DNA of 32,000 bases, taken from positions 1 through 32,000 of the forward strand of contig JASMTR010000105.1 in assembly GCA_041694175.1 (NCBI GenBank), given 5' to 3'. The stretch comes from Bacteroidales bacterium (GTDB taxonomy: Bacteria > Bacteroidota > Bacteroidia > Flavobacteriales > Flavobacteriaceae). Both the position numbers and the translations under genes were made by a program. This document shows, piece after piece, positions 14,980-24,786 of this stretch. The notes below the pieces were generated by a model, which had not been told where the DNA came from, did not search any database, and saw only the letters and a program-made list of their open reading frames with translations. The stretch's first letter is position 1; each line of letters starts with the position of its first letter.

Positions 14980-17496
14980 TTAAAATCGAAGTCTAAACAC
15001 CAAATTAGGTGTAAAACCTAAACCGTTTTGTCTTAAAACGTGTATATTTTCATCAATATCAATCGCATAAAATTGATTGTAAACATTATTATTATCCATT
15101 AAGTTTAATAAAGAAACTCCTGCTAGAGCTTGAATATTTTTATATAACTTAAAAGTATATGTCGAAGAGAAGTCTAATCGGAAATAATCATCAAGTCGTT
15201 CAGCATTGGGCGATTCAAATTGTATTTGTTGGGGTAATTCACTTTGATTTTCAGACAGCAATGTATTGGTTACACCCGAATGCCAATTAAAACCAGTTGA
15301 TAATTTTAATCCATTTTTTTCATAACTTAAACCGGTTGATATCACGTGTTTGATATCTAAGTTATTAGGAAATGAAGAAGGTGATAAGGCTTCAAAATCA
15401 TAATCATTTTCAGACCAAGAATAACTGACCCAACCAGAAAACGGGTCAAAGTTTTTATTCACTAAAACATCAAAGCCTTTAACTTCATAACTGCCGTGCG
15501 TTTCAGCAAATTCAAATTGATTTTGAAACCCTTGTCCTTGAGTCGTGATGCCATCAACTTCTTTATAATAAAAATCTAAGTTAATAAACCAATGAGGTTT
15601 TATAAAATTAAACCCTGCAGAAATTTGCTGACTTTCTATAATAGGTCTGCTATCAGGGTCAGATAATACCCAACGTCTGTTTTCAACCCCGAGAAAATCT
15701 GTTTGCAAATCAATACTCTGTGAAGTCACCTGACTTTTTTGTTCGCCTAAAATTTCTAAGTATAAATCATTTAAAAATTCATAACTTAAATTAAATCTCG
15801 GTTCAATACGGAGTTCATCAAATTTTGTAAAGTGATTAAATCTTCCGCCCAAACTAAGATTAAGCAAACTGTTATCTGAACGGTAATTGAGTTGAGAGTA
15901 CAAACTGTTAGTCAAGATTGAATTTTCAGTTTCTCTAAAAAAACCAGGATCATTAATTTCTTGTGAGTTTAAAATACTGGTTTCATTTAATTGATAACCG
16001 TTTTCAATTTTAAAGTTTGAAGTTAATTGCGTTTCAGCATTAATTTTAAACCCTGATTCTCTAACTTCATTAATTTGCTCTAAACCTTGCTGATTAAGTA
16101 AATTGGTATTGTCAGCGTTTAATTTATATCTTGAGATATAAAATTGAAATTGAGAGGTTGTTGTTTTAGACCAGTTTCTTTCGTAAAAAATGCCAGCAGC
16201 AAAATTAGTTTGTTCTAAATTACTACGTCGGATATTGACTTGGGTGTTTTCAGTTTCAAATCGGTTTAAAGAAAAATCATCTTCGGCATAAAATAGATTA
16301 ACTTTTAAAAAATCATTATCAGTGAGTTGATGTTTATAATTAAGTGTTGCATCAAAAAAGTTGAAATCATCATCTTGTTGAACACTCGGTAATTCAAAAT
16401 TGGTGACCTGCGTATTTTGAAAAACCTTATCGAAATATTGATCATAGGTTGGGCTTTCCCAAAGTGAATTAATAGATTGTCTTGACGACACTTGAACAGA
16501 AGACGATTTGCTTAACGGCACTTCTACGATGGCGTCAATATTAATCAAGTTTGAGCCAACTTCAGCTTTTAAGCTATCTGCAATTGCGTTAGATGTCTTC
16601 ATATCTATTAAGCTTGAGACACCATCGCCATAGCGGGCAGATGTCCCATTTTTTATTAGGCTTACTTTTTCAGTCATATAAGGATTAAATGCTGAAATCA
16701 TTCCGAAGAAATGTGAGGTGTTATACATTTTAATGCCATCCCAGAGAAATAAATTTTGGTCGTGCGTGCCACCTCTAACATTTAAATAAGAAACACTTTC
16801 ATTTCGACTGATAATTCCTGGCAAAGCTTGCAAACTTTGTAGCACGTCTGGCTCAACCAAACCTGGCAACAAACCAAATTCTTTATAATTAATTTCTAAA
16901 CCACCTGAGGCTATTTTTTGAATACCTCGAGTTAATAAATTAGTCAGCATAACCTCATTTAATTCTTGATAGAATGGACTGATATACAGTTTGTAACAAT
17001 TTTGTGTTCTTGAAGTATCAAGAGTATATTCTTGAGAAATAAAGTCTTCAGAAAATATTTTAAAACTAACAATTTTTGAATTTACTGGAATTTCAAATTG
17101 ACCTTTAGCATTTGATTTAAAAAAGTACGAGTTATATTTTAATTGCGAATTGGGCACAACTTCATTTGTAACTTCATTGAAAATGGACACACAAATCACT
17201 CTTTTGTTTGACTTTGGAACTAGCAATATACTATTATCATTTTGTAACAAATACTGAAACGGCGTTTGTTTTTCTAAATCAAGCAATTGTTCTTTTAGCG
17301 TTTTTGCTTCGTTTGAAAACTTTATTCTTATGTTTTTAATTTCATCATCCGCGTAAGAAAACATCACAGCGTACTGATTTTCAATTTTTTTTAGATAGAT
17401 AACCAAATCAATATAAGTAGAGTTAGATTGAGCAGAAGTATTTTTGCCCATTCCAATAATAATAAGAACAAAGAAAAAGAATTTTAAAAATCTCAC
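14980..17496 (-). CDS. TonB-dependent receptor with N-terminal signalling (STN-like) and carboxypeptidase-regulatory-like domains
   Basis: Signal peptide, an N-terminal extension, a plug region (LLPGL ... NVRGG ... DG), a long beta-barrel and a C-terminal F. 4-nt overlap with the upstream FecR gene. Confidence 0.85.
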   Translation of the reverse strand: MRFLKFFFFVLIIIGMGKNTSAQSNSTYIDLVIYLKKIENQYAVMFSYADDEIKNIRIKFSNEAKTLKEQLLDLEKQTPFQYLLQNDNSILLVPKSNKRVICVSIFNEVTNEVVPNSQLKYNSYFFKSNAKGQFEIPVNSKIVSFKIFSEDFISQEYTLDTSRTQNCYKLYISPFYQELNEVMLTNLLTRGIQKIASGGLEINYKEFGLLPGLVEPDVLQSLQALPGIISRNESVSYLNVRGGTHDQNLFLWDGIKMYNTSHFFGMISAFNPYMTEKVSLIKNGTSARYGDGVSSLIDMKTSNAIADSLKAEVGSNLINIDAIVEVPLSKSSSVQVSSRQSINSLWESPTYDQYFDKVFQNTQVTNFELPSVQQDDDFNFFDATLNYKHQLTDNDFLKVNLFYAEDDFSLNRFETENTQVNIRRSNLEQTNFAAGIFYERNWSKTTTSQFQFYISRYKLNADNTNLLNQQGLEQINEVRESGFKINAETQLTSNFKIENGYQLNETSILNSQEINDPGFFRETENSILTNSLYSQLNYRSDNSLLNLSLGGRFNHFTKFDELRIEPRFNLSYEFLNDLYLEILGEQKSQVTSQSIDLQTDFLGVENRRWVLSDPDSRPIIESQQISAGFNFIKPHWFINLDFYYKEVDGITTQGQGFQNQFEFAETHGSYEVKGFDVLVNKNFDPFSGWVSYSWSENDYDFEALSPSSFPNNLDIKHVISTGLSYEKNGLKLSTGFNWHSGVTNTLLSENQSELPQQIQFESPNAERLDDYFRLDFSSTYTFKLYKNIQALAGVSLLNLMDNNNVYNQFYAIDIDENIHVLRQNGLGFTPNLVFRLRF

Positions 17497-18404
17497 TTAT
17501 TTGACAAAATGATAGTGTTACCGTCAATAGTATAGGTTAAACCCAGCGGCAAAGTAATAGAATTTAGTGCAATTTTTAAGTCTTTGTGAGAAAAACTTCC
17601 GGTGTAAACTTTATTGATATCAATATTTGAAGTCTCAAATTTGACATCGTAATAGTTTTTGAATTCCTTTAAAACAATATTTAAAGGTTGACTATTGATT
17701 AGGGTTTTATCTGATTTCCAATCGGGTAGAGCAGAATTGTTTTGAGTTAAAGCAATATTGTCTTGAGTTAAAGCTAAATTATCTTTAGGTTTTAAGATAT
17801 AACTTTTCTCCTTAATAGAAACTTTTACTGAACCTTCATAACAGGTCACTTCAAAGCCGTAATCACGAGATTTGACATTAAAAACAGTGCCCAAAACTTC
17901 TACTGTACCGTAAGACGTATTGACGATAAAAGTTTGACCTTTATCAACTTCAAACAAAGCTTCTCCATTGAGTTGAAGTTGACGTTGGGTTTTCCAATCT
18001 ATTGTTTTGAATGATAACACTGAATTAGCGTTAAGACTTACTTTTGAATCATCGGGCAGTTCAACAATTTCTGTTTTAGCCGTAGCGGTTTCAAAAGATT
18101 GTGAACTTGGAGTATTTGTCAATGATTTAAACAACGTAAAAGCTATAATGGCTATAGCTGCAACGGCTGCCACATACTTGAATGATGATAGTCTTGAGGA
18201 TTTATTTGTAGAATGAATAGCAAACTCTAATTGTTCAAAAGCTGCTTTTTCATCGTAATTTGCTGCCTTGAAATGCTTAGCTTTTTCTGAAAGTTTAGCG
18301 TAAGCAGGATACTCGTCTAATTGCTTAAACGCTTCCAACTCTTCGGGAGTTAACTCATTGTTGAGCCACTTTTTTATTAAATGTTCTTTCTTAGGTTTCA
18401 TCAT
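17493..18404 (-). CDS. FecR-family anti-sigma factor / transmembrane sensor
   Basis: N-terminal anti-sigma helix, a single TM segment (VAAVAAIAIIAFTLF), and a periplasmic FecR domain (L.DGS.V.LN..S.L ... L.GEA.F.V). Confidence 0.87.
   Translation of the reverse strand: MMKPKKEHLIKKWLNNELTPEELEAFKQLDEYPAYAKLSEKAKHFKAANYDEKAAFEQLEFAIHSTNKSSRLSSFKYVAAVAAIAIIAFTLFKSLTNTPSSQSFETATAKTEIVELPDDSKVSLNANSVLSFKTIDWKTQRQLQLNGEALFEVDKGQTFIVNTSYGTVEVLGTVFNVKSRDYGFEVTCYEGSVKVSIKEKSYILKPKDNLALTQDNIALTQNNSALPDWKSDKTLINSQPLNIVLKEFKNYYDVKFETSNIDINKVYTGSFSHKDLKIALNSITLPLGLTYTIDGNTIILSNK
17742..17783. repeat. 21-nt tandem duplication inside the FecR gene (plus a degenerate third unit at 17721-17741)
   Basis: TTGAGTTAAAGCAATATTGTC followed by TTGAGTTAAAGCTAAATTATC (18/21 identical). 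It encodes DNLALTQ-DNIALTQ-NNSALP. Confidence 0.55.
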
Positions 18405-18446
18405 TAGTATGACAATTTAAAGCTATATTTTCCTACCATGGAAGTG

Positions 18447-18971
18447 TTAAATTTCGTGAATATCTTTTCGCAATTGTTCTAATGCTGTGTAAATTCTTTT
18501 TTCAACTGCTTTTCTGGAAATCCCCAATATCTTAGCAATTTCTTTATGTTTCTTACCCTCAACTCTGTTGAGTAAAAAAGCAACTCTTTTTTCTTCAGTT
18601 AATTTAGATAAAGCTTTTTGATACTTGTCCATATATTCTTTTTCTTCTAAAAGAAATTGAGGGTCTTGATGGTCTGAGTCATTTGACTTGGCCTTTAACT
18701 CGTATTTTAAAACTACTTTTTCGTGCTTAATCACATTTAGGGTAGTATTATTAGCAACCGAATAGAGATAACTTTTAGCTTTGTCTGGTGAGATTTTCTT
18801 ACAATTTTCCCACAGTTTTAAAAAGGCTTGTTGAACTTTGTCTTTGGGGTTAAACTGTTCCCCAAATTTATAATAAATAAAGTCGTGTAAATCTTTAGCA
18901 TATTTTTCGTGAAGCTTAGAGAATAATGTTTTCTCACAACAATTTTTATGTAAAGATTTATCTTTTGCCAT
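18447..18971 (-). CDS. ECF-type RNA polymerase sigma-70 factor
   Basis: Region 2 (F..LWEN) and a region 4 HTH (KHKEIAKILGISRKAVEKRIY.AL..LR). First gene of the sigma/FecR/TonB-receptor triad. Confidence 0.9.
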   Translation of the reverse strand: MAKDKSLHKNCCEKTLFSKLHEKYAKDLHDFIYYKFGEQFNPKDKVQQAFLKLWENCKKISPDKAKSYLYSVANNTTLNVIKHEKVVLKYELKAKSNDSDHQDPQFLLEEKEYMDKYQKALSKLTEEKRVAFLLNRVEGKKHKEIAKILGISRKAVEKRIYTALEQLRKDIHEI

Positions 18972-19038
18972 TTCATCAAAAGTATAAAAATAGTTAATTG
19001 GGTAGGAATTTTTATCTTTGAATTGTCTTTATTTATGA

Positions 19039-19692
19039 ATGGACAAAATGAGAAAATATTTATTCTACATATTAGTATTGTTTTTAGTGAGCTGTTATAG
19101 TGAAGATGAGTCTCTAACTGATTTATCTGAAAATACAACCCACAGGACATCTGAACTCACATCACTTTTAAAATCTGTTGCTGCTCACGATGCTTCATTT
19201 GACGACATTATTGATAATAACTCTTGTTTCAGTCTAAGTTTTCCCTATCAAGTTGAAGTTAATTCTGAATTAAGAACAATAAATACTGTTCAAGATATAA
19301 CAGAATTAAATAGTGAAGATAATATAGAAATAGTTTATCCTGTAAATAGTATTTTCTTCAATTTTGAAGAACATCAAATTAATTCTAACACAGGTTTTAA
19401 CTTAATTAAAAACACTTGTGATCAGAATTTCAATATTCAAGCCAACCCGTGTTTAGATTTTCAATACCCCATAACATTTAAAGAGTTTAACGATTTGACG
19501 AGAAGTTTTGATACTTTTCAATTCAACAGTGATAAAGATGTTTTTATTCACTTAGAGAATCTTCACGATAATGATGTTTTTGAAATAGACTATCCTATTT
19601 TCCTATCAAATTCTACTTCAAACTCTATTAGAATTGACTCGAATGCTGAATTTATATCAGCTTTTAATCTGTCTCTCCAAGATTGTCAATAA
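19039..19692 (+). CDS. hypothetical lipoprotein
   Basis: Lipobox LVSC after a hydrophobic leader. I recognise no family. The start could be the second Met (19048). Confidence 0.6.
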   Translation: MDKMRKYLFYILVLFLVSCYSEDESLTDLSENTTHRTSELTSLLKSVAAHDASFDDIIDNNSCFSLSFPYQVEVNSELRTINTVQDITELNSEDNIEIVYPVNSIFFNFEEHQINSNTGFNLIKNTCDQNFNIQANPCLDFQYPITFKEFNDLTRSFDTFQFNSDKDVFIHLENLHDNDVFEIDYPIFLSNSTSNSIRIDSNAEFISAFNLSLQDCQ

Positions 19693-19810
19693 ATCTTAAT
19701 TTTTTAACAATATTGTTTAATAAAGTTAAATATATATTAAACAAAATTTCTGTGGTAGTATTTTTTAGAGTTGTATTGTCTAATAGATGTAAACCAAAAA
19801 ATATTTACTT

Positions 19811-21214
19811 ATGAAATCACTATCAAAAATTATGTTTTTAGCGGTATTGCTTATCACCGCCGTATCTTGTTCAGACGACGATGATGCAACACCCATTGTA
19901 GAGCAAGCTCCAAATTTAGTTGAAGCCGCACAAGCCGCTGGCTTAACAACACTATTAGATGCAGTAGGTGCAGTTGATGGTTTAGACCAAACTTTACTTA
20001 ACGCCAATGCTATTACTGTATTTGCTCCTACTAACGATGCTTTTGGAGATGCATTGACTGCTTTTGGTGCTGCAAACTTAGACGAATTAGTCACTGCCAT
20101 TGGCGGAGAAGAAAATTTAGAAACAATTTTAGGTTTTCACGTGGTACCAGCAGTTGCCTTTTCAACAGATTTGCCAGAAGGAGAAGCAGACTTTGCTACT
20201 TTATCAGGTCAAGAAATCACTATAACACGTAATGGAAGTGATGTTACTGTTACGGATTGGGCTGGTAATGTTCGTAATGTAGTTACGGCTAATGTTGAAA
20301 TAGAAAATGGTGTTGTACACGTTATTGATGGCGTATTGTTACCAGAATTACCACCAGCATCAACTTTTGATATTATCGCTAATAGTCCAAACCATGAGAC
20401 ATTAGAATCCGCTTTAGTGTCAACTGGTTTAGATCAAGTATTAATGAATGGCACATTTACTGTATTTGCGCCAACAGATGCAGCTTTTTCAGGTGTAGAT
20501 ACATCAAGCTTAACTGAAGAACAACTCACTAATATTTTGCTTAATCATGTGGTCACAGGAAATGTTTTGTCAACTGATTTAGCTAACGGCTACGTTAAAA
20601 CTAATGCAACAGAAACCTATTCTGGCAATGGTAACTTTATTGATTTATATGTCAATGTAGATGATGGTGTTACTCTTAATGGAAATGCAAGCGTTACAAC
20701 TGCTAATTTAGAAAGTAGTAATGGAACTGTCCATGTTGTAGATGCCGTAATCACAATTCCAAATGTTGTTGATTTAGCTGCTGCCAACCCTATGTTTTCT
20801 AATTTAGCTACAGCTTTAACTCAAGAAAGTTTAATTGCAACATTATCTACAGACGCAGGAACGAGTCCAGCACCATTTACTGTATTTGCTCCAAACAACA
20901 CAGCATTTCAAAACTTTTTAGATGAAGATCCAAATGATGGATTTGCAAGCATCCAAGATGTTTTAGACTTGCCTATTTTAGCTGATGTTTTGACATATCA
21001 CGTTTTACCTGATGGAGCTGTAAGAGCTGCTGATATTTCAGATGGTATTTCACCATCTACAATTCAGGGAGAAACTATTACAATTAATACGCCTGATGGT
21101 GTTACCATTACAGATCAAAATGCTAGAGTAGTAAATATAGTAGCTACAGATGTAACAGGATCAAATGGTGTAATTCATGTTTTAGATAATGTGATTTTGC
21201 CAACACTACCTTAA
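19811..21214 (+). CDS. fasciclin (FAS1) domain lipoprotein, three FAS1 repeats
   Basis: Lipobox AVSC. TVFAPTNDAF-like motifs occur three times, each followed by G(V/T)(V/I)HV(I/V/L)D..(L/I).P. Confidence 0.9.
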   Translation: MKSLSKIMFLAVLLITAVSCSDDDDATPIVEQAPNLVEAAQAAGLTTLLDAVGAVDGLDQTLLNANAITVFAPTNDAFGDALTAFGAANLDELVTAIGGEENLETILGFHVVPAVAFSTDLPEGEADFATLSGQEITITRNGSDVTVTDWAGNVRNVVTANVEIENGVVHVIDGVLLPELPPASTFDIIANSPNHETLESALVSTGLDQVLMNGTFTVFAPTDAAFSGVDTSSLTEEQLTNILLNHVVTGNVLSTDLANGYVKTNATETYSGNGNFIDLYVNVDDGVTLNGNASVTTANLESSNGTVHVVDAVITIPNVVDLAAANPMFSNLATALTQESLIATLSTDAGTSPAPFTVFAPNNTAFQNFLDEDPNDGFASIQDVLDLPILADVLTYHVLPDGAVRAADISDGISPSTIQGETITINTPDGVTITDQNARVVNIVATDVTGSNGVIHVLDNVILPTLP

Positions 21215-21240
21215 TTTTATACTTCAAATAAGATAATTTA

Positions 21241-21268
21241 AAACCGGCTACTTTTAGTCGGTTTTTTT
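21241..21268. terminator. bidirectional rho-independent terminator between the fasciclin gene and radA
   Basis: A 9-10 bp stem, AACCGGCTA-CTTT-TAGTCGGTT (one G-U pair), followed by T7 on the plus strand. It lies 2 nt beyond the radA stop codon. Confidence 0.75.
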
Positions 21269-21270
21269 GT

Positions 21271-22635
21271 TTAAAAAAGGTACTTAATTAAATCAATAAC
21301 ACTTTTGAGCTTGATGATTTCAAGCTGATAATTACTTTTAGATACTTTGGTGTTTTGAGCGATAAACATTTTTTCAAACCCTAATTTATCAGCTTCAGCA
21401 ATACGTTGTTCGAGTCTTGGAACAGGTCTAACTTCGCCTGCTAATCCAATTTCGGCTGCAAAACAGTAACGGTAGTTGAGTACCATATCGTGACTTGAAG
21501 ATAAGATTGCCGCAACAACTGCTAAGTCTATCGCGGGGTCATCAATGTTGATACCGCCAGTGATATTCAAAAACACATCTTTAGCACCTAATTTAAAGCC
21601 AGCACGTTTTTCTAAAACGGCCAAAATCATATTCAGTCGTTTGGCGTTGTATCCCGTAGATGAACGCTGTGGTGTGCCGTAAACAGCTGAACTAACTAAA
21701 GCTTGAATTTCTACCATTAGTGGGCGCATACCTTCTAATGTTGCAGCAATAGAAGTGCCGCTTAAATCGTGTTCTTGGTTAGAAATTAAAATTTTAGATG
21801 GATTTAAAATTTGCTTTAATCCATCACTTTGCATTTCATATATGCCAAGTTCATGGGTGGCTCCAAATCTATTTTTTTGAACTCTAATAATCCGGTAAAT
21901 AAAATTTTGATCGCCTTCAAACTGCAACACCGTATCCACCATATGCTCAAGAATTTTTGGACCAGCAAGATGACCTTCTTTGTTGATGTGACCTATCAGC
22001 AAAACAGGAGTATTTGTTTCTTTTGCATATTTAATCAATTCAGCTGTGCAAGCTCTAATTTGAGAAATACTACCTGGTGAACTTTCAATCATTTCGGTAT
22101 GTAAAGTTTGAATAGAATCAATGATAACAAGCTCGGGTTCAATTTTTTTAATTTGATTAAAGATGCGTTGTGTGGATGTATCTGCCAGTATAAAACAATT
22201 GTCATTTGTTTTTTGAATACGGTCTGCACGCATTTTGATTTGCTTGCTGCTTTCTTCTCCAGAAACATAAAGGCTTTTTGCGGATAAGTTGAGGCACAAC
22301 TGAAGTAATAATGTGCTTTTACCAATACCAGGTTCACCGCCAAGTAAAATTAAAGACCCTTTTACTATTCCACCGCCAAGCACTCTGTTTAATTCATTGT
22401 CTTTGGTAATGATTCTATCTTCTGTTTCAAAACTAATATTGCTAAGTTTGGACGCTTTAGGTAGTTTTGATGTATTGTTTTGAGAGTTTGAATCTTGCCA
22501 AGTTTTATCCTGAGATTTACTGATAACCTCTTCTACTAAGGTGTTCCATTCTTTGCAAGAATGACACTGTCCTTGCCATTTTGGGTGTTGAGCGCCACAG
22601 TTTTGACAGAAGTAGACAGTTTTAGGTTTAGCCAT
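21271..22635 (-). CDS. radA: DNA repair protein RadA/Sms
   Basis: N-terminal zinc finger C.NCG...KW.G.C..C, Walker A GGEPGIGKST, KNRFG motif, and a Lon-like C-terminal domain. Confidence 0.96.
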   Translation of the reverse strand: MAKPKTVYFCQNCGAQHPKWQGQCHSCKEWNTLVEEVISKSQDKTWQDSNSQNNTSKLPKASKLSNISFETEDRIITKDNELNRVLGGGIVKGSLILLGGEPGIGKSTLLLQLCLNLSAKSLYVSGEESSKQIKMRADRIQKTNDNCFILADTSTQRIFNQIKKIEPELVIIDSIQTLHTEMIESSPGSISQIRACTAELIKYAKETNTPVLLIGHINKEGHLAGPKILEHMVDTVLQFEGDQNFIYRIIRVQKNRFGATHELGIYEMQSDGLKQILNPSKILISNQEHDLSGTSIAATLEGMRPLMVEIQALVSSAVYGTPQRSSTGYNAKRLNMILAVLEKRAGFKLGAKDVFLNITGGINIDDPAIDLAVVAAILSSSHDMVLNYRYCFAAEIGLAGEVRPVPRLEQRIAEADKLGFEKMFIAQNTKVSKSNYQLEIIKLKSVIDLIKYLF

Positions 22636-22640
22636 ATATT

Positions 22641-23789
22641 TTAGTAACCAAAAGTTTTTTTAAGTAAATCTATCTCGTCGAGAAGCATCTCTTTTTTAAT
22701 TCCAGCAACTTCATCATAAGTATACCCAGCTTCATAAGCTTTAATAGCTTTTTTAGGTTTGCCAATTTTCTGATAATACATACCTTCGAAATAATCAGAC
22801 AATAAAGTTTTTGGATGATTTTGTTTTGCAATATCACCTAAATCTTTAAGGTGGTCCCAAGATTCCTTTTCTTTAATAAACTCAAATACTTTCATTATAT
22901 CTGAAATCCTTATGGATTTTTCGATACCATAAAGGTTGTAAATAGTTTGGTATTTATCTTCTAAATATTTTACGGGGTCAGATGAATCAGACAAACTTGT
23001 TTTATATTCCTCATCATCTATAGCTGTGTAAGGCTTGAAAATTTCTAATAGACTATAAGGTAAAGCGTAACTGACAAGTGTATAATGGTTTGTATTTTCA
23101 AACTCTCGATAACTAAGTTTTAATTTTTCATCACTAACAGAAGATAAATTGGTGTACAATGTTTTAGATTTTTGTTTTAAAAACTTTAAGTCGTTTGAAC
23201 CTGAGCTAATACTATACCAAAGTTTTTGATCTAAATCATTCATTTTTTTAACTATATATGGCATGAGTCCATTTGGAAAGTCAGGGCTCAAGTTAATAAA
23301 ACCATCGAAAGGTATATTTTTACTAAAAAGGTATAAATTCATGAAATTAGCCATATAATCTTGACCTACAACCACAGAAAAGGAACCAATATTATAGTTT
23401 TTATTTAAATAGGGTAAGATTTCTAAACCTATAAAATCAAAGAATTTTTCACCTTTTTCAATTGGAGTAAAGTTTATTCGATCGTAATTTCCGTCTTCTA
23501 TCCTATGTCCAATTTGGTTTATTCCAACCACAAAAGAGTCTGGTATTTCTTCCCAGTAACTTAAATAATCAACTGTTCCAGCGACAGGTTCAAATAGATA
23601 ATCTCCATCAAATACAAATACTAATGGGTATGTTTTTCCATCTTCCGGATTGTAATTTCGAGGAAGCTGAATTTTTAACTCTCGGGTTTCTTCTAAAATT
23701 TTAGATTCAACCTCTATGTATTCCTTTTGTGCAAAACTGTAAAACTGGGGTATGAAAATCACAATGACGCACAGCCATAGTTTTTTCAT
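22641..23789 (-). CDS. secreted esterase-family alpha/beta hydrolase with C-terminal TPR-like region
   Basis: Signal peptide and a putative-esterase-like N-terminal part (YPLVFVFDGDYLF). Family assignment is by resemblance only. Confidence 0.65.
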   Translation of the reverse strand: MKKLWLCVIVIFIPQFYSFAQKEYIEVESKILEETRELKIQLPRNYNPEDGKTYPLVFVFDGDYLFEPVAGTVDYLSYWEEIPDSFVVGINQIGHRIEDGNYDRINFTPIEKGEKFFDFIGLEILPYLNKNYNIGSFSVVVGQDYMANFMNLYLFSKNIPFDGFINLSPDFPNGLMPYIVKKMNDLDQKLWYSISSGSNDLKFLKQKSKTLYTNLSSVSDEKLKLSYREFENTNHYTLVSYALPYSLLEIFKPYTAIDDEEYKTSLSDSSDPVKYLEDKYQTIYNLYGIEKSIRISDIMKVFEFIKEKESWDHLKDLGDIAKQNHPKTLLSDYFEGMYYQKIGKPKKAIKAYEAGYTYDEVAGIKKEMLLDEIDLLKKTFGY

Positions 23790-23802
23790 AAAAACTGGTT
23801 TT

Positions 23803-24783
23803 TCAATTCACAAATTTATGACTTTTATTTACAATAGGCAACACTATTGCAGATGTCACTCCAAGAACCACAACTAAGACGGTTTGGGCTATCCATAACA
23901 CCCATCCAAATGCCTGACCAACATCTAAAGGAACATCAAACATTTTGTATACAGAAGCAATTGCAAAGGGATATAATCCAATTCCGCCACTCGTGACTGT
24001 CATTGCAAATGTGCCAGCAATAAAGCCAACTAAAGCAGCACCAAAAGTTAAATTTTCAGCACCAACTACTGCGTATTTAATTATCCAAAACATCAATAAG
24101 TAAAGCGACCATATAGCCAATGTTTGAAGTATAAAAGACCATTTTTGACGGAGTTTTAAAACACTTTTAACCCCTTGCATTATTCCTATTAAAAAATCTT
24201 TGATTTTAATTATTAATGTGTTTTTAGAAAATTTAAGTAATCTTAAAATTATCAGTACTAATAATCCCAAACCAAGTAGGTAAAAAAATGACTTTAAAGG
24301 ATTAATTTGATTTAAATCAAGATAAAATAAAAGTTCCTTAGCTTGAAAGATGAGTGTAAAACCAATAATAATTAATAACACCATAAAATCGATTACCCGC
24401 TCAGTAATTATTGTGCCAAAACTTTGTTCGAAACTTAAGTTGGAATAACTTGCATAACTTGCTCCTCTTAAAACTTCACCTGATCTCGGTATTCCAAGGT
24501 TGGCTAAATATCCAAACATTACTGTATAAAAACAATTCGAAAATTTTGGTTTATCATTTAAAGGTAAAAGTAATAACTTCCATCGGTTTGCCCTGATGAC
24601 ATGAGACAACAATCCGAGAAACATAGACAAAATAACCCATAACAAGTCTGCGTTTTTAGTGTTTTCCCATATTGCTGTGCGCTCTTCTTGTGTAGTGTCT
24701 TTGAATGAATACCAGACAAAAAAAATACCCAAAAGTAAAGGTAAAAGAATTTTAATCCACTTTTTAAATTTTGATTTGGGCAT
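23803..24783 (-). CDS. lysylphosphatidylglycerol synthase TM-region (UPF0104, flippase-like) membrane protein
   Basis: About 8 TM segments. The N-terminal pattern (W......R...LL.PL ... NL.IPR.GE..R) is typical of this family. Confidence 0.78.
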   Translation of the reverse strand: MPKSKFKKWIKILLPLLLGIFFVWYSFKDTTQEERTAIWENTKNADLLWVILSMFLGLLSHVIRANRWKLLLLPLNDKPKFSNCFYTVMFGYLANLGIPRSGEVLRGASYASYSNLSFEQSFGTIITERVIDFMVLLIIIGFTLIFQAKELLFYLDLNQINPLKSFFYLLGLGLLVLIILRLLKFSKNTLIIKIKDFLIGIMQGVKSVLKLRQKWSFILQTLAIWSLYLLMFWIIKYAVVGAENLTFGAALVGFIAGTFAMTVTSGGIGLYPFAIASVYKMFDVPLDVGQAFGWVLWIAQTVLVVVLGVTSAIVLPIVNKSHKFVN

Positions 24784-24786
24784 GGA

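Noticed and set aside
18007-18216. Shadow ORFs at 18007-18216 and 18818-19150 (over the FecR and sigma genes), 19780-20100 (antisense to the fasciclin gene), 21829-22080 and 22089-22343 (within radA), 24411-24596 and 24659-24868, 26057-26323 and 26316-26516, 29384-29671, and 30967-31314.
   Set aside because: Each overlaps a gene with strong family signatures and has no motif support. 19780-20100 is explained by the Ala-rich, GC-rich fasciclin coding strand.
19706-19717. Perfect 12-bp palindrome AACAATATTGTT downstream of the lipoprotein gene.
   Set aside because: It is AT-only with no loop, and short AT palindromes are frequent by chance in this composition. There is no evidence for an operator or terminator role.
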